NCBI GenBank assembly: GCA_026025075.1 | Contig: JAPEUI010000062.1 | Span: 1-64,000 of the forward strand | Source of the DNA: Vezdaea acicularis | Taxonomy: Eukaryota | Length of the DNA stretch: 64,000 bases | Direction: 5' to 3' | In this document: positions 10,679 to 23,067 of the stretch, one piece after another | How the letters are laid out: each line of letters opens with the position of its first letter | Position numbering within the stretch: the first letter of the stretch is position 1 | The notes under the pieces: model-generated | What the model was told of the DNA's origin: nothing | The model's input: only the letters and a program-made list of their open reading frames with translations | The model's database searches: none | Position numbers and translations under genes: made by a program

Positions 10679-11918
10679 CTACAGCCCTTCATGCTCCTCA
10701 AGATGAAGGGTTGGAGGACGTACTGCGTTGTCATCGTCCCAGTCATCTCCTTCACCAATCTCAATCCGAGTTGGGACGGATTCGTCGTCAAGGTTATCCC
10801 TCAAATCACATACACCCCAGCTTTGGCAGACCGTTCTTCTCCCCAAATTCTTGAATATTGGACCAAGTGGGCCATTTACGTAATGGAACTGGCCAGCAAA
10901 CGTGTATTGTCTGGAGTCTGTTAAAGGGTAGAATTTATCACCCCAATGTCCGGCATAGTAGAACCAGCGGGTGGGGGCTTCAGGAGTGATGTTGCTGGCC
11001 AAAAGCTTATTGGTAGAGAGGTTGAAAGTATACGTATGAGAATTGAGGATAGGGTCCCACAAAGGGCCTCGGTCAGTTTCATCGTGGAGAACACCAAAAG
11101 GTAGTACATACGGATGGACCCCTGGGGTCGCGTACATGGCATGGGTCCCAGTAGCAGAATAAATGACAGGCTGGGAAATGTGTGCGTTAGCCTGAGAGCG
11201 ATATTGTTTCCCTGCGAAGGCAACTCACCCTGTCGCCACGCTTCTCGACGGCTTCGTATGTGTATGCTCGTCCTCCACTGTGTTCGCTACAGAAGACAGC
11301 TATGGGTTTCCCCTGTTGGAATCGGACAACTGAGTGCTCCCAGTCACCAATGTGGTTACCAAAACGGACATTGAAAACGGTATTCCCAAGGTTGTAGCTG
11401 TAAAAGTAGAACCAAAAGGCATCGACAATCCCATTCTCTTTTGGGATAACGACTAGTACAGCGGGCGCATCGCTGTAACCTTTTTTTGTTTGCGGCTGGG
11501 GACCATCCTTAAGCAGATCCTGCGCCAAGAAGCCGGTGGGCGGGTCTGTCACCGGTATATTCTTTTTACCGACCAACCACTCTGGTCTCTCCTCAACATC
11601 GTCATTGCTCTGAAGGAAAACATGTCTTCCACCACCCCATTTATTAAGATCATCAAGATTATTGAGAGTGGGGTGATCGGTGCGAGCTTGTAGTGGTGTA
11701 TAATTTAGATAAGGTGTAGTATGGTTGAGATGCTCCGCAATGTCGCAGGGCCAGAAATGCTCGCCAGAGAATAAGTGAACGAAAGGCGCATAATCTAGGA
11801 CGTATTGGGGTATCTCATTACCGGAAGGAGTCAAGATTTCATCAGAAAAAGAGAGCACAAATGTAAAACTCAAAAATAAAGCCAATTTTACAGCAAGTTT
11901 CCGTCGCCGGACAATCAT
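10679..11918 (-). CDS. VPS62: Vps62-family protein
   Basis: N-terminal hydrophobic segment, YVLDYAPFVHL, DAFWFYFYSYNLG, FGNHIGDWEH; intron 11228-11171; PVIYSATGTHAMYATPG, TDRGPLWDP. Start could instead be 11972. Confidence 0.88.
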
Positions 11919-12088
11919 TTTGACATGGTATTGATGATAAATGAAGCGGTAAAGTTCGGAGGTCAGTGACATTCCGACTTTATTTAGCCAGGGTTCACCA
12001 AGCTAAACCGTATTCGGCTGACCTCGGAATGCTTTCCTTGAATCGCTAAAATTTGTTGCGTATAGGCTGGGTATGGACTTACTTTACG

Positions 12089-14917
12089 ATGAGCGGCCGC
12101 CCCAGAAAGAAGATACGAATAAGGGAAGAAGATGAATTTCACGATAGATGGGGAGACGAGGAGCCTGTGCTTGAGGAAGATGTTGTGGAGGAAGAAGATC
12201 CAGAGGAGGATCCCGTAATAGAAACTGAACGCGAGCGCGATCTAAGAGAGAAAGCCGAGTTTGAGGAAAGGCTGAGGAAGAAGGAAGCAGAAAAGACAAA
12301 GTCACTTGTTGAAGACAGATCTTCAACGAAGGATGGCAGAAACCTTGCGGATCGACGTGCACTGGCGAACGACGTAAGTGCGAGGAGCGCAGCATTACCA
12401 GACCTCCGGGAGCGGTCAAGGCAAGATTACTTGAAGAAGAGAGAAGCGGAAAGGCTAGCATTACTTCGCAAACAAGTCGTAGAGGAGACCGAAGAGCTGC
12501 GAAGTAATGCTGACCTTACCCGACGGGAAAAAGAAGAATTTGCAAAGAACCGTGAGGTTTTAAGGATCGCTGAAGAACGCCTGAATATTGACGACCATCG
12601 TGATGGCTACCAACTGCCAGAAGATTACATTACCGAAAAAGGGAAGATTGACCGAAGGCGAAAAGAGGAAGCCCTGTACAAGCGTTATGTTGACCGTGAC
12701 GAACGCGGACAGGAGCGCTATGTTACGGAGCAGGAGGAATGGGAGCGGGAGCAAAGTTCAAAAGCAAAAGCGCAGATCCTGAGACCGGAGAGGGAGGCAG
12801 AAGGGGAATACGAATATGTCTTCGACGATGCCCAAAAAATCAGTTTCATTATGGATACGAGGCTGGAAGGTGATGGTAAGTTGATGACGAAGGAGCAACG
12901 GTTTCTGGCAGAGCAAGTTAGGGCTGCAGAGGCAAAAGCAGCTTCAATAGAAGATACTCGAAAGAGCCTACCAATTTACAGCTATCGAGAAGAGCTCCTT
13001 GCTGCCGTTAACGACCATCAGGTTCTCATTATAGTTGGGGAGACAGGCAGTGGTAAAACCACACAGATTCCGCAGTATCTCCATGAGGCTGGATATACAA
13101 ATGATGGACAGAAAGTGGGCTGTACGCAGCCCCGCCGTGTGGCAGCAATGAGCGTAGCAGCTCGTGTGGCCGAAGAGATGGGTGTAAAGGTTGGGAACGA
13201 GGTGGGATACGCTATCCGCTTTGAAGATGCAACTAGCGACAAGACGATACTGAAGTACATGACTGATGGTATGCTCCTTCGAGAGTTTCTTACCGAACCT
13301 GACCTTGGAGGATATTCAGCACTGATGATTGATGAGGCTCACGAGCGAACCCTTCACACCGACATACTCTTTGGACTAGTCAAGGATATTTCCAGGTTTA
13401 GACCCGAGCTCAAAGTGCTCATATCTTCCGCGACTATGGATGCTGGCAAGTTTGCGAGTTACTTTGATGACGCTCCTATCTTCAACATCCCGGGACGACG
13501 GTACCCCGTCGACATACACTATACTCCTCAACCAGAAGCGAACTATCTCGCCGCTGCAATTACAACTATCTTTCAAATTCATACCACTCAAGGGGCTGGG
13601 GATATTCTCGTTTTCCTTACTGGCCAAGAAGAAATAGAAGCCGCTGAACAAAATCTTCAAGATACCTGCCGTAAACTCGGTAGTACAATACGCGAAATGA
13701 TCATCGCCCCTATCTACGCCAATCTCCCTTCTGAACTCCAGTCAAAGATCTTCGAACAAACTCCACCAAATGCACGCAAAGTAGTGCTTGCAACAAACAT
13801 TGCTGAAACATCCCTCACGATTGACGGCATTGCGTATGTAATTGACCCCGGATTTGTCAAAGAGAACGTATACAACCCCCGTACAGGGATGGAATCGCTT
13901 GTGGTCACACCGTGCTCACGAGCTTCTGCCAACCAGCGCGCAGGCAGAGCTGGACGTGTCGGTCCTGGAATGTGCTTTCGACTTTATACGAAATGGGCAT
14001 TCTACAACGAACTCGACGAGAACACTACACCAGAGATTCAACGCACGAACCTGAATTCAGTAGTCCTACTTTTAAAGTCTTTGGGGATCAATGATCTCAT
14101 TGACTTTGACTTCATGGACCCTCCTCCTGCAGAAACTCTTATTCGGGCCTTGGAGCAGCTGTATGCCCTCGGTGCGCTGAACGACCGTGGAGAGCTAACC
14201 AAGGTTGGCCGCCAGATGGCCGAGTTCCCTACAGATCCTATGCTCGCCAAGGCCATCCTTGCAGCTGATAAACAAGGTTGCGTTGAGGAGGTCTTATCGA
14301 TCATTGCAATGCTTGGGGAAGCCTCAGCGTTATTCTATCGACCCAAGGACAAGAAAATCCATGCGGATAGTGCCCGCGCTCGTTTTACAGTCAAGGAGGG
14401 AGGTGACCATCTAACTCTGCTCAACATATGGAACCAATGGGTTGATGCGGATTTCTCGTATGTTTGGGCACGAGAAAACTTCCTCCAACAGCGAAGCTTG
14501 ACACGAGCGAGAGACGTTAGAGACCAACTTGCGAAACTCTGCGATCGGGTTGAGGTGACCATCACAACCTGCGGCGTCAATGACCTGCCGCCAATACAGA
14601 AGAGCATTACCGCCGGCTTCTTCCCAAACGCTGCGAGGTTGCAGAGAGGTGGGGATAGCTATCGTACTGTCAAAAATGGGCTGACGGTATATTTGCACCC
14701 AAGCTCTGTGCTGATGGAGGTTAACCCGAAGTGGGTGATCTTTTATGAGTTAGTATTGACGAGTAAAGAGTATATGAGAAGCAACATGCCTCTGCAGCCG
14801 GAATGGCTCAACGAAGTCGCTCCGCATTATCACAAGAAAAAAGATCTAGAGACCTTGGGAGTCGAGAAGAAAATGCCAAAAGGCCAAGGAGCCGTAGGGG
14901 AGAGAAGTAAGATCTAG
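12089..14917 (+). CDS. PRP2: Pre-mRNA splicing DEAH-box helicase Prp2/Cdc28 (DHX16)
   Basis: [35 protein letters not shown] motifs; N-terminal [14 protein letters not shown] and QEEWEREQ blocks typical of DHX16. Confidence 0.92.
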   Translation: MSGRPRKKIRIREEDEFHDRWGDEEPVLEEDVVEEEDPEEDPVIETERERDLREKAEFEERLRKKEAEKTKSLVEDRSSTKDGRNLADRRALANDVSARSAALPDLRERSRQDYLKKREAERLALLRKQVVEETEELRSNADLTRREKEEFAKNREVLRIAEERLNIDDHRDGYQLPEDYITEKGKIDRRRKEEALYKRYVDRDERGQERYVTEQEEWEREQSSKAKAQILRPEREAEGEYEYVFDDAQKISFIMDTRLEGDGKLMTKEQRFLAEQVRAAEAKAASIEDTRKSLPIYSYREELLAAVNDHQVLIIVGETGSGKTTQIPQYLHEAGYTNDGQKVGCTQPRRVAAMSVAARVAEEMGVKVGNEVGYAIRFEDATSDKTILKYMTDGMLLREFLTEPDLGGYSALMIDEAHERTLHTDILFGLVKDISRFRPELKVLISSATMDAGKFASYFDDAPIFNIPGRRYPVDIHYTPQPEANYLAAAITTIFQIHTTQGAGDILVFLTGQEEIEAAEQNLQDTCRKLGSTIREMIIAPIYANLPSELQSKIFEQTPPNARKVVLATNIAETSLTIDGIAYVIDPGFVKENVYNPRTGMESLVVTPCSRASANQRAGRAGRVGPGMCFRLYTKWAFYNELDENTTPEIQRTNLNSVVLLLKSLGINDLIDFDFMDPPPAETLIRALEQLYALGALNDRGELTKVGRQMAEFPTDPMLAKAILAADKQGCVEEVLSIIAMLGEASALFYRPKDKKIHADSARARFTVKEGGDHLTLLNIWNQWVDADFSYVWARENFLQQRSLTRARDVRDQLAKLCDRVEVTITTCGVNDLPPIQKSITAGFFPNAARLQRGGDSYRTVKNGLTVYLHPSSVLMEVNPKWVIFYELVLTSKEYMRSNMPLQPEWLNEVAPHYHKKKDLETLGVEKKMPKGQGAVGERSKI

Positions 14918-15154
14918 GAATCGGTAACACTATCAAAAATCCGTCTCAATCGAGATATCCGGGCACGTGTTAAGTAAACCAAGGATATTCAGCACCATGT
15001 TTAGGGTCTGTGGATAAGCACGCCCTGCGTTCTCTTGGTAGAGAAAGGTGATATACAATACGAATCTAAGTATGAACGCTGAAAACCTATACCTTGTCGT
15101 CTCTATATAATCCTGAAAGCTTCAGCCCTTGCGGCTAACCATAGCCTTCAAAGT

Positions 15155-16234
15155 CTAAAATCCTTTACCTAGTCTGATCGTTGTTCCACCTCCAAACCAC
15201 AACGTCCCGAAACGGCAATCTAGCCCCTTTTCCTCTCCTACAATCCACTGCCCTCCGTCTTTGATAGCTTCGTCATTCACTTTTGGCCAATACTCTTCTT
15301 TAAGCCACTGGTTGATCTCCTCGATTTTCTCACACCAGACCCTCATCTTGCTCGGGTCGTTTATTTTTTCTATGGTAGTTGAAGACCTAGTATGAAAGTC
15401 GCTTGACTCGATGAAGCGACCCACTGTCAAATGTGAGGAAGGGACAACATACCGTGATGCGACTTTGACACCGGCATCTGTGCATAAATTATAAAGATCT
15501 CTCCTGAGATGATGATAAGTGTAGGCATCGTTTTGAAGACCATGCACGCTTCCACCTTCTCCGGCAGCAGGCAAGAAGCTTAATGCAACTGCCGCATTGT
15601 CGAACGCTAGGATCGGTTTGACAAGTCTAGCCCTGTGCGTGAACGTATAGTCCGTGATCTCGGGAATCTTTGGGCGTATAACATCCACGATCTTTGTGAT
15701 CTCTTCCTCAGTGAGAGAATGTGTGATCTCTAATGCAGTCATATGTAACTTATCCAGCGGCATGAGCCAGAGATCTGAAAATGGTCAGTAACTTTATCTG
15801 AAACGGGGGATATTACCTACGTGGGGCTATGCTCACGAGCTTCTGTTGTACCTGGCTAACCAAAGTTTTTAACTTCTTTGGCGGCCGAGCCCAGAAGACC
15901 AAGCAGTGCCGAGGGTCGGCATAGCCTGGTTCTATAGTTGGATCCACGCAGCGAAGTAGTATCTGATCTATCGTGACCCCTGGAAAGTTGGACGCCGTGA
16001 GCTTTTCCTTTTGCTGTTCATTTCGTTTGGTTCTATGCGTATAGTATTTTGCTTGAATTTGTTTCTAGCTATATTAAGACAAATTGACCCAATTATTGTG
16101 GGAGGACCCACAGCATTATCACAGCATGCGGCGATAAGAGCATCGTATGGATTGTCCGAGCTGGGGACATCTGTACCTGAAAGATCGATGAAACTGTTTT
16201 CAGCTTCCGTGGCCCTTGGAACTACCGACACCAT
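15155..16234 (-). CDS. 2H phosphoesterase (LigT/cyclic phosphodiesterase-like) protein
   Basis: Three exons. DPRHCLVFWARP, LWLMP..LHMTALE and SHLTVGRF supply two HxT motifs. Confidence 0.75.
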
Positions 16235-16533
16235 TTCGGTCAACTGAACGAGAAAGTGGATCAGAAGGTCCAATCTCCGAGACGAGGGAATCCTCACCGA
16301 ACGGTAAATTAAGAACCGTGGGCAGTCGTGTAAAGGTGTGTTCTGTAGAATCTCGAATTTTGTAGCCAATCGCAGTGCACGCATTTAGCGAGCGTAGTTT
16401 CACCAGAGGTCGCACAAAAGTACGAAAATTTCCTTAACTTTCAACAACAACAGAGCCGCAGCACAAAAAGTCCGGAGCGTTTTTCAAACAAGGGGTCCTC
16501 TCTCTTAAGAAGTATCTCGCATTAAACGCAGCG

Positions 16534-17145
16534 ATGGCACCTACTAAGAAGGCGAAAAAAACCGCCGACAGCATCAATTCACGCCTGGCGCTGGTGATGA
16601 AGTCTGGTAAAGGTACGTCAAATTTGTGATATCTATGTCTCTACCTCCAAAAACTTACTAGGTCTATCGTAGTCACATTGGGCTATAAGTCAACCCTCAA
16701 ATCACTTCGATCTGGAAAGGCAAAGCTTGTTATTATTGCGGGAAATACACCTCCCCTCCGCAAAAGCGAGCTTGAGTGTACGTCTTCCTAATTATTACAG
16801 CCCGATTATTGTAGGATTGCACTCATTGATCTGCAGACTACTCGATGCTTTCGAAGACGAATGTTCATCATTTTGCTGGGAACAACGTACGTTGCTACAT
16901 CTCTTCTTCACAATAAAATATCAGCGTTTACTATACTATTTCTCTCGGTCCAAGAAAAAGGCCTTCAAGCCTTTAAAGACCTGCCCAACGATAGAGTCTC
17001 ATCAGACTTTGGAGGGCATCTGAATTTGCTAACGTGTGGTCCCTAGATTGAACTCGGTACCGCTTGTGGAAAGCTATTCAGGTGCTCTACAATGGCCGTT
17101 CTAGATGCTGGTGACTCGGATATCTTGAGCGGACAGACATCGTAA
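16534..17145 (+). CDS. RPL30: 60S ribosomal protein eL30
   Basis: Four exons: [26 protein letters not shown] / [35 protein letters not shown] / [17 protein letters not shown] / [27 protein letters not shown]. Confidence 0.97.
16982..17018 (+). promoter_or_regulatory. Kink-turn hairpin in RPL30 intron 3
   Basis: UGCCC/GGGCA C-stem, 3-nt AAC bulge, tandem G.A/A.G pairs, 8-bp stem, CAUC loop; ends 9 nt before the GCTAAC branch site. Confidence 0.8.
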
Positions 17146-17567
17146 AGATTTCAAGGAGCTTATCTAAAACTAGTAGCAGTCTGGGCCTCAGGTCTATTTG
17201 CTACGTTGATAGCCCATGAATGAAAAGTGATCTACCTATCTATTACAGAGCGAAACATACAGCTTATGCTCCCATATTGAAATGCAAATTCACCGCCCTT
17301 GTGATTTGAGAAGGACCATGTAGTTTGACCTTGCTTTTGCATACAGTAGAATTTCCTGTTTGTGATATATTCGGGTCGCTTGCCAGTAGTCTAACCCTAA
17401 CTCGCTAATTTTCTGCACATTTCAAAGTAAAGGTGGCGCTAAAACGCTTAGAAATCGGACAAATAGTCCGGCCAGTATACCCTATCTATTGAGTCAACCC
17501 GAGCGCTTTTACAACGCTTTTTACAACTACGTCGTGAACGAGCATTTACCATCTCGAAACCTTCAAG

Positions 17568-18583
17568 ATGGCACGTCGTCCCGCGAGATGTTACCGCTAC
17601 TGCAAGAACAAGGTATTATTGCCCTTGCTCTCTTCACAGCTACGGGTCGTCATCCTTTGAGGGATGACGACTTTAGGCATGAGCTACCGCGCTTGCTTCA
17701 ATTTTGGGATTTCTTAAGCATGAGGCTAACTTTTTTCAAAGCCATATCCTAAGTCTAGGTTCAACCGTGGTGTACCCGACCCCAAGATTCGAATCTTTGA
17801 TCTTGGCCGCAAGCGTGCAAACGTTGACGAGTTTCCTCTTTGTGTGCATATGGTGTCTAACGAATATGAGCAATTGAGCTCGGAAGCCTTGGAGGCGGCC
17901 CGGATCTGCGCCAACAAGTAAGTGGATAAGGAGATCTCTGAGAAAGCAATAGCGTCTGGGAATATGGACAAGGCTTTTCCGCAAGATTGGGTGCTACTCG
18001 CACCTAGCATTATGGCGAGATGCTTCTCCAAATCTCCAGATACTTGCTGAGGTTACTTCTGACTCTATCACTTTTGCAGGTACCTCGTGAAGATCGCTGG
18101 AAAAGAAGGGTTTCATCTTCGCGTTCGCGCCCACCCTTATCACGTCGTCCGTATCAATAAAATGTTGTCGTGTGCCGGTGCCGATAGACTTCAGACTGGT
18201 ATGCGCGGTGCATGGGGCAAACCCAATGGTACCGTCGCTCGTGTGAACATTGGCCAGATCCTGCTCAGTGTCCGCACTCGTGATTCCCGTAAGCTTATAC
18301 TACCTATCTCTTCTGATGACTTACTGCTGACACAACTACCCATAAAGATCGTGCTACTGCTATCGAAGCTCTCCGCCGCTCGCAATACAAGTTTCCTGGC
18401 CGCCAAAAGATAATAGTCTCAAAGAACTGGGGCTTCACACCTCTACGTCGGGAAGAGTATCTTGAAAAGCGTGCTGAGGGCAGATTTAAGGTTGATGGGG
18501 CATACGTTCAATTCTTGAGCAATCATGGCAAGATCGCAGACAATATGAAGCGTTTCCCAGAGGCTTTCAAAGCTGAGGCGTAA
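17568..18583 (+). CDS. RPL10: 60S ribosomal protein uL16 (L10)
   Basis: [15 protein letters not shown] / [22 protein letters not shown] / ...[24 protein letters not shown] / ...KFPGRQKI; introns 17613-17741, 17918-18079, 18289-18347. Confidence 0.97.
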
Positions 18584-20122
18584 ATGGTGCGCTCCATGAT
18601 TTCTGACGGAATTTGGGATTTGCTTCTATCAACGGCAATCGTAGCAGGAGAAGCATAACATAGACAAATCAGTAAACAGCAATCAGACCAATCCTCAGAA
18701 TTCCGTCAGTGGAAGCTACGATCTCGTTGGATGATGTCTCCATCAAGGTGCATATATGCGGCGTATAGACTTGCGAAATATGACGTATGAAATCTTGAGC
18801 AATTTAAGCAAGGCCTCCTTCCATGCTCTTACCCCTTTTACAATATCCTACACGGCCTCAGTATCCCCACTGTTGATGTTTTAAGCGCACTATTCTGCCG
18901 GATAGTCCAAGTCCCGGAAGCTAATTCCCAGAAGTTTTGCTGTCGCTAGGAAAGGGGTTAACATCTGATCCATGGTTCCTCATCAGGGGAAAAGCCTTTA
19001 GATGGTCTCTAAGGCACTGACAAAATCTCTGTCCTTCATCTCACTTCAGTCGCTCTGCGCAACCGCGTTCAGCGGCGGACTTTGTAGATACTCCACACAC
19101 CTCACCTAATTCACTGGAGAGTTCAACTTGGGTGAACATCAAAAACTGAACGTTTCCAAGGTTCGCATGGAACGATAGGCCTATTCAAACCTTCTAGGGC
19201 AGGCATTTTCGTGAAAACTGCACATGTCATCTGCATTGCTATGTGTACAAAAGCCTGGTTATCGACATCTCATGTAGGTGACTTAAGATAATGGAAAAGT
19301 CTGCCCTCTTAACTATGTAGCAGAGTCAAAGCACGAAGCCTGAGTACGATTCTAAGGTTTGCGCTCCCTGTAAGCGCCAAAAATCTATGAATGCGTTCTT
19401 ACTAGGAACGACCCTGGGCTTGTGAAGGTCATATGTTTCCCGTCCACGACGGCGAAATTGAAAACTATTATGCCGCTGTCCTATGCGCCCATGCGGACTC
19501 TGGGCCTCATGGGCAAAAGTTTGGAATTAACGAGCTCATGTCAAGACATGGAACGTACCGAGAGACAAAAGAAGAGAATTTGATGGAGTGTTCTTGACAG
19601 GCAAAGCTTGACTAGTGCCGTACAAAACGGGCTTTGAGCGTCAGTCAGAATATAGCATATTCCTGGCGCCCTGAACTGAAAGGCTTGAAGCAATTCGTTG
19701 CGATCTGTAACGTCTGTAACTTTAGTGTCACCTCGATTACTTAAGTTAGTTTGCTGAATTGCCAGCTGCGTCTGTTACCCAGTATAACCCACAATCCCTC
19801 GTTCCACGTTTCGACTGTTAATGTTTAGCCAATTTCTCATTCCACTGGATGGGCATGGACTTACAAGATGTGTGAGTCTTGTTGTCGTGAACGTTACGTG
19901 GGAAGATCATCTGAGCGGTATCTACCTAAGGGGAAAGAATCCTGTTGCGTCAAGTAGACAATCGCAAATGGCAAGAGATCTTGACCAGCATAGTAGTGAT
20001 GACAAAATGCCCTTCATGAATATTTCCCTTGTCATACAAGTGCAGCAGAGAATTAGGGCAAAATAATATATCCCATAAGACCAATCCGCACTGAAACGCC
20101 AGCCAGTGAACCATCTAGACGT

Positions 20123-22134
20123 CTATTCTCCCATAGATTCCTCGTTGATAGTGTTTGGCCCAGCTTGGCTAGGACCTTCCTCTTTCCCACGATTAAACCA
20201 GCCCATCCAACTTCCCCGCTTAGCCATCTTCTTCTCCTCATCGGTCTGCCCATCGCTCGTTTTTCTTGCACCATCTGTGTTCTCTTGTACCAGCCTCAGT
20301 GGTCTAAGCTTATTGCCTGCAATTTGAGCAGGGCCTCCCGCACTATGCGAGTGATGGGAATGCGGCGGTGAAGACGAGCTAACCTCACCACTGGTGTCAC
20401 TGACAGTGCTATTAGAGCTGCTGCTCGGTCGCTTTGCAGTTGGTACGTTCGAATTACTGGGAATACGCGCGGCTGCATTAGGATTCCCTGGTGCAGGCGC
20501 CAGCGCGAAGAAACTGGAGGTTCGCACAGGCGGGCTGACCGAGCCAGCAGTTGAAGGCGGGCCTCGATACATCTGATTAGCTAGTGGCGCACCTGGTGCC
20601 CATTCCGAATTTGCTCTGCGATGGCCACTAGAGCGTAAGGAATGTGAGCGTCCAAGGGAGATGCTTGGAGCAGTTGACTGATTTTCTACCGTGGACGGGG
20701 TATTCACCGGTGGGGGCATATAGCTCTGTGGGCGAGGCCTAGCGCGGCCAGCGCCAATAGCTACAGATTTTGCACGCTGCAGTATGGACTGTCCACTAGC
20801 TTCTGGTGGAGGCGGTGGTGGAAGTGGAAGTGCTTTCTCTGCGCTGGCGTGTCGCGCACTCGCTGCATTCGGTCCCGCCATCAAGCCGGGGGTTTTGTCG
20901 AGGATCGCTTCAAACTCTTTGTGATTGAGAAGCCGTTCGATGATACTGTTGATGTAGACAGTCAACGCCTTGTTTGTGTCCCTCAGAGATCTCATTTCTG
21001 TTTCCAGTCGACGGTGTTTCTCACTCCCGCCTTCTACAGCTGATTCTAATTCGTCAGCGAGGCTTGATGTTGTTCCGGCTTGATCTTCTTCTCTTGTTTG
21101 ATTATAGAGCAAGTCATTTTTAGAAAAGTCACCGTTCAATGTCTTCTCGCTCAGAAGAAGCTGGAAACTCTCATTCTCCTCCATCAGCCGAGCATTGGTT
21201 ACTCTTGTTTCCATCACGAGTCTCTCAAGCTCTTGGACACGGCCTCCCTCTGTATGATCCGATTCTACTAGTTTGATCTGAGCTTCAGCGAGCTCGAGCC
21301 GGAGCGATTCAATCATTCGATCCTTCTGAAGGACGAGCTTAGAATTGTTCTTAGAATCGCTTCTTTGGAGAGACGAGGGTGGAGCGAAGTGACCGTTCTC
21401 GAGACTTGGAGATGAGGTGTTGGCTGAAGACCTGTTAGCATGGAGATAGCTAGTTTGGAGTTGTGAAATGACTGACAGGATCGCCCGATGCGAAGCTCGT
21501 CGTCGAAGTTTGACCTTGACTCACGACTAGACAACGAGTCTTTAAGTCGCTGTATGATTCCTTGCATTTCCTCCTCTCTCGCCATCATCTCTGCCTTCTC
21601 TCGACCCATTGCGACCCTCTCCGCTTCGTAGATGGTTTCCATCTCCCTCTCCCGCCTCTGTGATTCCCGCTTCTCATTGTTTAGACTTTCTGTCTGCTTG
21701 CGATGCTCATGTAGCTGCTCCTCAAATGTGGCCCCTCTCTCGAGCGCCTCATTCAAGCGCTCTTCCAATGCCTTTAACTGGCGTGAATTTTCTTCAGCCT
21801 CTGCCTCAGCTTTCTCTAGGCGCACCTTCAGGTCGTCGATTATAGATTCTCTTGCTGCGCGAACTTCATCATCTTCTATGTCTGAGGAAGCTGCTGTTGC
21901 ACTCAGCCCTGATGCACCCACGCCTGATCTTTTAGCAGCAGCACGGGCTGAAACAGGTGCTCCAGCATTTGGCCCTCTTATTGAGCGTGTTCTTGCAACG
22001 CCATTGGCAGGTGTTGTTGACGGGGTTGGAGATCGAGAGGGTCGTCGCGCAGGCGAAGGCGCAGATGTATCCACTGGTGTAGTCGACGTCCTCCGTATCG
22101 CGCTGCCTGGGGGTTTCCTGTTTGCTGTCGACAT
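20123..22134 (-). CDS. Conserved fungal coiled-coil protein
   Basis: Two ORFs joined in frame by intron 21476-21424; long heptad-rich E/K/R segments, NKALTVYINSIIERLL and KLRPLRLVQEN blocks. Confidence 0.75.
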
Positions 22135-23067
22135 GGTGAATACAAATAACCCTTGTCTCTAGAAATAAGGATGAGCTTAGAGCAGTACAAGCAGTGGAGC
22201 TGGCTGAAGCAGTGTAGCGGTTGAAGATTTCCGTCGGTTACACCTCCCTTCTTAGCTTTCCGGTTATTTTGAATGTCAGCGGAGTTTTTAGATGGGAGAA
22301 AGTCATTTCAAGTGTTGTCCAATGCATAAGGAATTGATGCGTAAACTAATATGAAGTAACTTCGGTTCAAGTCATCTTCCTTCGCCCTTTCGCGAGCTTG
22401 ACCGAGGGCAACCTAATTGCGAAAGCCTTTGTTCAAGAACTTTCGCAGCTGATCCTGCAGTAATCAAAAAGAATAGTGATCTGAGGTGTAGAAGCAAATT
22501 ATGTTGACATTGAAATGGCCAAAAAAATGAGCCACACCCGATTTGAACGGATAACCTTCTGATTGCACACGCAAAGCAATTTACTGGAGTCAGACGCGCT
22601 GCCGTTGCGCCAGCGGCCCAATAATTTGTCAAGTTCACACTATTTTAATATCTGAAATAACAAGTCGAATATCGGATCTCAAGTCTAAAGTGTTACTCCT
22701 CCACCCTCACTGAAAGCATGAATATGAATGACTAGAGGCCCAAACTAGGAGCATGCGATCTCAGAATCAGCCGGAGAAACGTGATTTAGGAGGGCTAGGA
22801 AGTTTGAATACATCTAGATTAATGAGTCACGCTTCCGAAATTGAAGTTGGCACATTTATATCTAATAAGTATCTATATTGTCAGTGTAACGTCTATTGCG
22901 CTCTACTCCCACTGGATTTAACCATACGCTAGGTAAGTCCAACGAACCCTCTGTAGGAACTCTGTAGAAGGTTGGGTATCTAATATTCTCCGCTTGCGCC
23001 ATCTGCTATGCATGCTTATCCAAATGCCTTCGTCCAAAAGAAATCAATCCGATGCTCAAGCACTATC

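Noticed and set aside
18289..18347. TGATGA...CTGA (box C/D-like) in RPL10 intron 3
   Set aside because: Boxes only a few nt apart and CTGA is the branch site; too short for a snoRNA
18720..20050. 1.3-kb gap after RPL10 as possible transposon or gene relic
   Set aside because: No terminal repeats, transposase/RT motifs or recognisable translation found by eye
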